From the NCBI GenBank assembly GCA_046581755.1, contig JAYGFR010000003.1, positions 1 through 15,319 of the forward strand: 15,319 bases of DNA, in the 5' to 3' direction. The notes under the pieces are model-generated. The model worked only from the letters and a program-made list of their open reading frames with translations, did no database searches and was not told the DNA's origin. The position numbers and the translations under genes are program-made. The DNA comes from Nitrospinota bacterium (lineage in GTDB: Bacteria > UBA8248). Positions 9,041 through 15,319 of this stretch are shown here, piece after piece. Each line of letters starts with the position of its first letter. Within the stretch, counting starts at the first letter, position 1.

Positions 9041-9118
9041 ACATTTTGTATTTTGATCCAGGTCTCTCGACATATATCCTGTCATGGCGTAATTCTCCTG
9101 GATACCAAAATGTTTTTT
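9036..9118. promoter_or_regulatory. NrdR-box-like sites
   Basis: tcaCAAcATtTTGtat (9036-9051) matches all conserved positions of acaCwAtATaTwGtgt. Weaker copies lie at 9069-9084 and 9103-9118 (33-34 bp periodicity). Confidence 0.35.
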
Positions 9119-9134
9119 TTGTGCGATTTCCGAG

Positions 9135-9764
9135 GTGTTCAAGGTGGACGATCCCAAAATCGACCGAAAGAATTTTCTCAAGAAAGGTCCCACCTTGCTA
9201 TTCAGGGCCTTTTTAGAAGGTTCTCGGGAAGAGTCTATTGAAGAATCTCTTAATTTTAAAAGGGACCCTCCGGCCGATGATATTCCCCTCCTTCGGCCTC
9301 CTGGCGCTGTACCTGAAGCGCAGTTTTTGGATCTCTGCGAAGGCGCGGGCGCTTGCGCCGAAGCCTGCCCGGCAGACGCCATTCTTCTTCTCCCCCGGAA
9401 AGAAAATTCCGACCTCGATGCACCGATAATTCAGCCATCGATTTCGGCCTGCGTTATTTGCGACGATCTTTCGTGCATGAAGGCCTGCCCGAGTGGGGCG
9501 CTGAAGTTGGTCCCGAAAGAATCCATCCGGATCGGCATTGCGAAAATCGACCCGGACGAGTGCCTCGCCTGGACGAATATGGACGACACCTGCAACTACT
9601 GTGTCGAAAAGTGCCCAATCGGGGAAATGGCTATCCGGATCGAATCCAAAGAGGAATCCAAGGGACCTGTCATGGGAAAAGAATGTGTGGGATGCGGCCT
9701 CTGCGAATATCACTGCCCGTCATTTCCGGAGGCTGTCCGGGTGTTCGAACTTACCACAGGCTGA
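9135..9764 (+). CDS. Polyferredoxin, NapF/NapG/MauM family
   Basis: LRPPGA.PE..FL.LC, CEGAGACAEACP, CVICDDLSCMKACPSGAL, IGIA.ID..CLAW...CNYCVEKCP and CVGCGLCEYHCP. The start could be GTG 9135 or 9144. Confidence 0.88.
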   Translation: MFKVDDPKIDRKNFLKKGPTLLFRAFLEGSREESIEESLNFKRDPPADDIPLLRPPGAVPEAQFLDLCEGAGACAEACPADAILLLPRKENSDLDAPIIQPSISACVICDDLSCMKACPSGALKLVPKESIRIGIAKIDPDECLAWTNMDDTCNYCVEKCPIGEMAIRIESKEESKGPVMGKECVGCGLCEYHCPSFPEAVRVFELTTG

Positions 9765-9782
9765 GGCCGGGGAGGCCGCCCT

Positions 9783-10145
9783 ATGAACGTTTCAAGGCAA
9801 AAGGCGATTCTCATTTGGGACGGAGAGTGCCGCCTTTGCCGGAAATGTATTGAATGGATCGAAAAGCGGGACGGAACCGGTGTCTTCTTTCCGGTTTCCT
9901 ACCAGGAGGTGCCCTCTCCACCGATGACGTCACCCATGACCCGGCAATGCCAACAGGCGGTTCAATTCATCCCTCCAGGAGGGCAAATGCTCTCTGGCGG
10001 AGGAGCTGTCCTCGGGGTTTTATATTTATTGGGATGGAAGAAACTCTCTGTGATTTTCTCTTTGCTGCCTCTTTCCCTGATAGTTGAGGCACTCTACCGG
10101 CTCATCGCCCGGAACCGGAGGGTCATCGCACGTATACTGTTCTGA
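9783..10145 (+). CDS. DCC1-like thiol-disulfide oxidoreductase (DUF393)
   Basis: LIWDGECRLC (DxxCxxC) and the C-terminal LYRLIARNR motif. Confidence 0.88.
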   Translation: MNVSRQKAILIWDGECRLCRKCIEWIEKRDGTGVFFPVSYQEVPSPPMTSPMTRQCQQAVQFIPPGGQMLSGGGAVLGVLYLLGWKKLSVIFSLLPLSLIVEALYRLIARNRRVIARILF

Positions 10146-10203
10146 GATAAACCGCCAATTCGGATTTGCCCTGTCTTAAAGGGAAAATTTTTCTGGATCT
10201 TGC

Positions 10204-11225
10204 CTAATTCGACAAGCGAACGTCAACCACAGAATTGATACCCAAACCTTGCGAGGAATCGGAGAATTCCGTCGTGGACCCCGTCCCCCGGATAATCTGG
10301 AGCGTCGTCGTATCGGTGTTTCCGGAGATGGCGAAACTGGAAATACTCACATTCACGAAGTCCACGATCTGGATGTTGTTGGTCTGGGTGACGGGCTCCA
10401 GCTTCGCGATGATCGGGATGAACGCTTCATTTCGCCCATCCGCCAGCCGATCCGTCATCCCGCTACGCCATCCATTGCGGTTTCCGGGAAGCGCCCGCGC
10501 CGTCTGGCCGAGGGATACGGTGCCCGAGTAACCATCACGCACGGCGGTCCAGAATACAGCATTGCTGTTGCTGTTGCTGTTGTCGAACGTGATGCCAACG
10601 GTGAAAACTTCCCCGTCGGCGATGGCATTGCCACAACTGTTTCCCTCCGCGCCGTCCTTGAAAAAATTTCCGCAGTAGCGGCGCAGGGTCAAGTTTTGAT
10701 CCACGGCCAGACTGCCGGAGCATCCACTTTCATTATTGCAGCATATCGCCAGAGGGATAAGCGTGTTCTCGCCAACGGCGGAAACACTGGCAGCGCGGCG
10801 GTGGCAGTATTGGCGATCGGAGCTGTTTCGATCCCCAAAACTCGAGCAAAATAGAGCGATAGATTGTGTTCTATAGTCACTTTCACCGATTCCGAAGTGG
10901 GAAATGAAATGACCGGCGTAATCGTGGCGAGGTAGGGTATCGTGCTCAGATTCTGGCTCACGAAGCTGTTCGCGGATGCGGTGGTAGCGGCCTGGCTGCC
11001 GCCCTCGGCCAAAACCGCCGTACCGGCACGCGCACCGGCGTCAACCGCTGTCTGAATCGCTGACTTGGCAACAAAGATATGGCCAACATCAACGGCCAGG
11101 GCCGCTCCTCCAGCAATCGCAGGCAATGCCAGGGCTACGATGGCGACAATTTGTCCTTTGGTTCCTCTCCCTTTAGAGAAAAGCCGGTCCCAAAGCGCAC
11201 CCAGCCGGAAATTTTGAAGCTTCAC
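10204..11225 (-). CDS. TadG-like Flp pilus assembly / tip protein, split by a 1-nt frameshift at ~10790
   Basis: The N-terminus G|QIVAIVALALP...ALAVDVG......IQTAVDAGARAG is the Tad domain. Adding one base after ...ATAAL continues as SVSAVGENTLIPLAICCNNESGC into ORF 10204..10704 (ending ...IVDFV...VRLSN). Confidence 0.8.
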
Positions 11226-11270
11226 AATAATTTCCTCCGCTCATATTTAATCACACCAGCCCGTCGCCAC

Positions 11271-11717
11271 TCACTCATGACGCATGGTCGCTGTCTGGGA
11301 GAGTGGGAAAGTCCCCTCCCAGCCAGGGATCAGGGTTCCCGTCAACGCCGTGAACGTACACGAGACTGTCACCACCGTGCTGTCGCCCGCGCTTCCCGCC
11401 GCACCCAGTTTCGTTCCCACGGTCGAGCAGTCCGTTTGGCCCGCCGCCGTCAGGAACGCATCCACCGTCGCCGTAACGGCCGCCGAGGAGCTAGAGGGGA
11501 TAATCCCCTCGCGCGCGCCCTCGCGCGCCGCGTTTGTCACCACCTGAAGAACGCTGTAGGCCCTGGCCATGTCCAAAATGCCCATCACCAAGATAATCAG
11601 CATTGGCAAAAGCAGCGCGAATTCGACGATGGCCTGACCGCTGGCGCCCCATCCGCGCGAGCGTCCACGGGTCCATCCCCGCTTCCGTCTTTCCGCTACC
11701 TGTTCAAGCCTCTTCAT
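11271..11717 (-). CDS. tadE: TadE-like pseudopilin
   Basis: G|QAIVEFALLLPMLIILVMGILD.......VTNAAREGAR and a C-terminal TMRHE. Confidence 0.9.
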   Translation of the reverse strand: MKRLEQVAERRKRGWTRGRSRGWGASGQAIVEFALLLPMLIILVMGILDMARAYSVLQVVTNAAREGAREGIIPSSSSAAVTATVDAFLTAAGQTDCSTVGTKLGAAGSAGDSTVVTVSCTFTALTGTLIPGWEGTFPLSQTATMRHE

Positions 11718-11772
11718 GGCACCCTCTCAAAATTGTCTGCATACCTATTATTCGTTGACCGCAGGCAAGAGA

Positions 11773-11788
11773 AGCTAAGCACATGCCC
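11773..11788 (-). promoter_or_regulatory. Possible sigma54 promoter GGGCATGTGCTTAGCT for tadE-tadG
   Basis: GG-N10-GC spacing, ~55 nt upstream of the tadE ATG, with a very AT-rich upstream tract. Confidence 0.35.
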
Positions 11789-12055
11789 CCATTCATTAAA
11801 TATACACCCAGTATCACCAAAAAGTACAACAAAACCAATGAATTAAGTCACTTTTATCCTGTAAATCCAATCACATAATCATCCGGCTGATATTATCGGA
11901 AATCGTGACTTCAATAAAACAATCCATATTAGAATAGAATGCACCATCAAAATGGAATCTAGCATAATAAATATTGCGGAACTTCTGTTTGAGAAAATAT
12001 CATAGATTTCAGCCGCTCGGAGGCCATGAACGGCAATGGATAAAATCTAAATGAC

Positions 12056-12277
12056 TTAGAACGCAGGGCTAATCGGCGCCAAGAGATCGGCGACGGCGGC
12101 TCCGAAAATGCCAAGGGAGACGATCACGACGATAGCGATCAAGGCGATAATAAGAGCAAATTCAACGAGCGTCTGCCCATCATCGCCCCGAATACCGGTT
12201 TCCTTAAAATCGATATTTCGCAAGGCTCTCACCGGAAAGAAATGATTAACCCAACAAATTTCCGGTATCCGCCGCAT
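12056..12277 (-). CDS. Flp family type IVb/c pilin
   Basis: SD caggagg and ATG 12277. ...DDG|QTLVEFALIIALIAIVVIVSLGIFG..V..L, with a short mature pilin (~39 aa). Confidence 0.85.
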   Translation of the reverse strand: MRRIPEICWVNHFFPVRALRNIDFKETGIRGDDGQTLVEFALIIALIAIVVIVSLGIFGAAVADLLAPISPAF

Positions 12278-12318
12278 ATATTTCCTCCTGCCCATGACCA
12301 TCCCATACCCGAATATCC

Positions 12319-12629
12319 CTGGCTGTGGAATCCAAACACGTTGTTCGGGCCCCGGGCTTGAGTCGGCTGATGGGCGGCTTTCCTCCGAGGCTAGCATGGG
12401 GGCGGCGCCAGTTGTAGCGACCAGGTCAGGATTCGATCAATTCCGTTCTCCGGCGAATGAGCGCCCGAGGCGACTTCGGCCGCCCCCCAAAAAAGTTCCC
12501 CTCAAAATCCCTCAAACCCCGTTCTTTTTTCTCCGCCGGGCGAAACCCGCCCCCTTCACCGGTGAACCGGCAACCATCGCAATGAATATAGGGCAGGACG
12601 CCGAAATGGCCGCTACAGGAAATGAGCGG
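12319..12629 (-). repeat. Copy B (short form) of the dispersed non-coding element
   Basis: 12319-12452 aligns with 7931-8065 (one gap), 12454-12490 with 8227-8263, and 12550-12629 with 8399-8478. Confidence 0.8.
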
Positions 12630-12690
12630 AATAAGTGGCAGGATTTTCGTTTCTGAATTAGGGAATGGGGAAAAAGCGTCTCTTTAAAAA

Positions 12691-13209
12691 TCAAGAAAAT
12701 TCTTCGGAAAGAATTTCATGGATAAACCGTTGAATCGCCAACGGATAAAACCGTACATTCGGTGTCCGGATAACCGCCGTATCTGTAATCTCCTTCTTCA
12801 TGAGTTCGTCCATGACCTTTTCCACCAGCAAATCCGGACTCCACTCATGTTGGGTTACCCTCAAATACTCCGATTCAATCCTGAAATTTCCGGATGCCGC
12901 TTTCGGAAAGGCAAATACCCGTCCTACAAGATTCGAGTCCATTAGGTCCGAGTCCTGGAATAGTTCTCCAAATGTTTTTTCCAATTCCGAAGGCGTCCAA
13001 ATAATCTTGGGACTGACAAACAGGCGCCCCGAGATTTGAACTGAACCAGCCCCCTTTTCCGTCTCTGGACCCAACACACGATATCCCAGGTCGTGATAAC
13101 CGGAAACAATTCCCACATAGGGTTTCTTGAGGATCCGCATCTCCTTAATGATCCGGCGCTGGTCCTCCGAACTTTGGTATTCGTCTCGTTGTTCAAAATC
13201 GTCAAACAT
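12691..13209 (-). CDS. Conserved hypothetical protein (172 aa)
   Basis: A clean ORF with globular-protein composition filling the gap. No function recognised. Confidence 0.7.
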   Translation of the reverse strand: MFDDFEQRDEYQSSEDQRRIIKEMRILKKPYVGIVSGYHDLGYRVLGPETEKGAGSVQISGRLFVSPKIIWTPSELEKTFGELFQDSDLMDSNLVGRVFAFPKAASGNFRIESEYLRVTQHEWSPDLLVEKVMDELMKKEITDTAVIRTPNVRFYPLAIQRFIHEILSEEFS

Positions 13210-13418
13210 GGTGTGATTATTTCCGCGGTTCCTGAATCCACAATTACAATGCGGGCAGGGTCTCTCGGCAACCCATTGGATTCTTTATGAAAACAAATCT
13301 CCCGTCCCCGTCCTGTCCCCCTCCTCATGCATGGAGGAAATGGACTTAACCTGCCGGGTTATACCCTATTGGGAAAAAATTTCCATACCCCCCTTCCGTT
13401 CACTCGTCTATCGAAGTC

Positions 13419-13447
13419 TTGCCAAGTGCAATTATTAGGACTATATT
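13419..13447 (+). promoter_or_regulatory. Putative sigma70 promoter TTGCCA-N17-TATATT
   Basis: Near-consensus hexamers with a 17-bp spacer, followed by a C9-TT-G6 dyad and SD GGAGGAG (13485-13491). Confidence 0.6.
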
Positions 13448-13496
13448 ATCTTCAATTATGATTCCCCCCCCCTTGGGGGGAACTGGAGGAGTCTCA

Positions 13497-13712
13497 ATGT
13501 AGCGATTCGAATCATGTCCCTTTCAAGAGAAATCCGTTTCGGGGCTGACGATGTGCTTTGATACAGAAATTTTAAAATGCATTACCCGTCCCCGTGACAC
13601 CCTTCAAAACTTTTGCAAAGCGAATTTTTGCCTTTGCCCCTATTACCGCATTCAAGGGATAAAAAACCGATTCGGCGGCAAAAAACTTTATCCCAGGAAG
13701 CGAATTCGATGA
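13497..13712 (+). pseudogene. Small six-cysteine protein gene with TAG at codon 2 (or a 53-aa CDS from ATG 13551)
   Basis: M*RFESCPFQEKSVSGLTMCFDTEILKCITRPRDTLQNFCKANFCLCPYYRIQGIKNRFGGKKLYPRKRIR*. Strong SD 5 nt upstream. The stop TGA overlaps the radical SAM ATG (ATGA, 13709-13712). Confidence 0.55.
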
Positions 13713-14978
13713 ATTTCCCATTGAGTACTTTGCCAGCCCATGCCCTGCCTTCTCAAGGATCGGCTCCAAAACCCGATTTCGGAGCGGTCGATTTCGACCG
13801 CTCCCCCTTCCTCGTTATTTGGGAAGTGACGCAGGCCTGCTCCCTCGCCTGCCTCCATTGCCGTGCCGAGGCCCGCCCCTGCCGAGATGCAGGAGAATTG
13901 ACCACCAAAGAAGCTTTTGCCCTTCTCGATGAGACCCGAAGATTCGGGCCCGTTCTTTTCGTCATCACCGGGGGAGACCCCCTCGAGCGTCCCGACATTA
14001 TCGACATAATCCGTCACGGGGCCGAAATCGGTTTGCGCATGACGATGATGCCTGCTGGCACCCGGAAAATGACGCGCCCAACGATCCGCCGAATGAAGGA
14101 GGCGGGCCTGGTCCGCCTCGCTGTCAGCTTGGACGGCCACGATAGTGAAAATCACGATACTTTCCGCGGCGTGGATGGCAGCTTCGTTTGGACCATGAAC
14201 TCTATTCGGTATGCACGGGAGATCGGCCTGGAAGTCCAGGTCAATACCACCGTTACCCAATTCAACCAAGAAAAAATTCGGGATATCGCAGACATTCTCG
14301 CTGCCGAGGATATCGCCCTCTGGAGCGTATTCTTTCTCGTCCCGGTGGGAAGTGGGCTCCACCATCATATGGTCACGCCCCAAAAGCACGAAGAAATTTT
14401 CCACGAACTCTATGACCTCGGACGAGAGATGCCTTTCGACATCAAAAACCACCGCCGCTCAACATTTCCGGCGCGTCACGATGCAGCGCTTGGCGTTGGA
14501 TCGCTCTCAGGGACCTCTTCAAAACGGAAGCGTCCACACCTCATTCTCCGGCGCACCCGGCTTTAGCGCTGGCGGCGGACGCGCCTCCAAGGGAGTGAAC
14601 GACGGGAGAGGGTTCGTATTCATCAGCCACTTCGGCGAGATAATGCCGAGTGGTTTTCTGCCCGTTTCGGAGGGTAACGTTCGGACCGATTCCCTGGTCG
14701 ATGTATACAGGAATTCCGGCTTATTCCGGTCCCTTCGCCAGCCGGACGGCTACGCGGGAAAATGTGGATATTGCGATTACCGTGATATTTGCGGCGGGTC
14801 GCGATCGCGCGCCTGTGCCGTCTCGGGGAACTGTCTCGCCAGCGAGCCTTTCTGCACCTACCAGCCCCGGCGGCCCGGTTCGGACAGGCACGCCTCAAAT
14901 ACTTACCGGGGACGCCACGCCGAGGCGGGCGCCCTCTCACGCGATGAGGTCACTGCAATCTTGTCCGGAAAAAACTAA
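13709..14978 (+). CDS. Radical SAM/SPASM protein, TIGR04053-like (AhbD/NirJ-related), split by a +1 frameshift in the A5 run 14444-14448
   Basis: DFDRSPFLVIWEVTQACSLACLHCRAEA (CxxxCxxC), TGGDPL.RPD, SLDG...HD.FRG and WSVFFLVPVG. Removing one A restores FDIKTTAAQHFRRV, then GVNDGRGFVFISHFGEIMPSGFLP and KCGYCDYRDICGGSRSRA...C.Y.P. Confidence 0.88.
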
Positions 14979-15141
14979 ATCGCCCGCAGCCATTGCATTG
15001 CCAAACGCACACCAACCCGCCATCGAATAGGTAAAAAAGGATACACTGGTAGAATTACACTTTCGGAGGAGCGGCTCCTGCCTCGATTCAAGCCCCCGCC
15101 GGCGCCTTCCCTGCGCCAGGGCCCTTCTTTTTGCAATTCAT

Positions 15142-15319
15142 TTAGATGAGCGCCTCTCCGCCGCCGCCGCCGCGGGCGATGATGATCTTGCCCTCGTCCT
15201 CGAGGCGCTTGGCGGTGTTCGTGATCCCCTGCTGGGCCTTTTCCACGTCGCTCACGCGCACCGGGCCCATCGTCTCGAGATCCTCCTTGATCATGTCGGC
15301 CGCGCGCTCGGAGAGGTTA
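15142..15319 (-). CDS. fliG: Flagellar motor switch protein FliG, C-terminal end (partial)
   Basis: Manual translation gives NLSERAADMIKEDLETMGPVRVSDVEKAQQGITNTAKRLEDEGKIIIARGGGGEALI*, the FliG torque-helix region. Confidence 0.92.
   Translation of the reverse strand, partial: NLSERAADMIKEDLETMGPVRVSDVEKAQQGITNTAKRLEDEGKIIIARGGGGGEALI

Noticed and set aside
10562..10582. (TTGCTG)n microsatellite in tadG
   Set aside because: It has only ~3.5 units, is in frame (encodes NSNSNSN) and cannot phase-shift the gene.
12319..12390. c-di-GMP-I riboswitch upstream of the pilin (GGAAA...GAC..AAGCC...ACAGCCAG on the minus strand)
   Set aside because: There is no P2 stem with a GNRA tetraloop between the motifs, so the resemblance is only partial.
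1..15319. CRISPR array, rRNA, or integrase/phage genes
   Set aside because: No regularly spaced direct repeats or recognisable sequences of these kinds were seen.

Overview
This is a GC-rich bacterial chromosomal window of mixed accessory and housekeeping genes. In order: the possible left end of an IS element at the edge, an Fsr-like MFS transporter (frameshifted), a DUF1194 vWA protein, a decayed exported-protein pseudogene, cytochrome c', a VOC-family protein, a trypsin-like lipoprotein protease, an HpcH/HpaI aldolase with an FAH-family hydrolase, a 1.26-kb non-coding gap, a NapF/NapG-like ferredoxin with a DCC1 (DUF393) protein, an isolated Flp-TadE-TadG pilin cassette (TadG frameshifted), a conserved hypothetical gene, a TIGR04053-like radical SAM/SPASM gene (frameshifted) and the 3' end of fliG. 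Four signals not explained by the ORF track stand out. (1) A dispersed, modular non-coding element occurs in three diverged copies (~2357-2514 +, ~7931-8478 -, ~12319-12629 -); it has a conserved promoter-like head and optional hairpin domains. (2) A cluster of DnaA-box and NrdR-box-like motifs at 8844-9118 looks oriC-like. (3) A 6-Cys small ORF missing from the track has its own sigma70 promoter and SD, is coupled to the radical SAM gene, and has an amber codon at position 2. (4) Gene-disrupting lesions are unusually dense. All calls are by-eye recognition; no searches were run.
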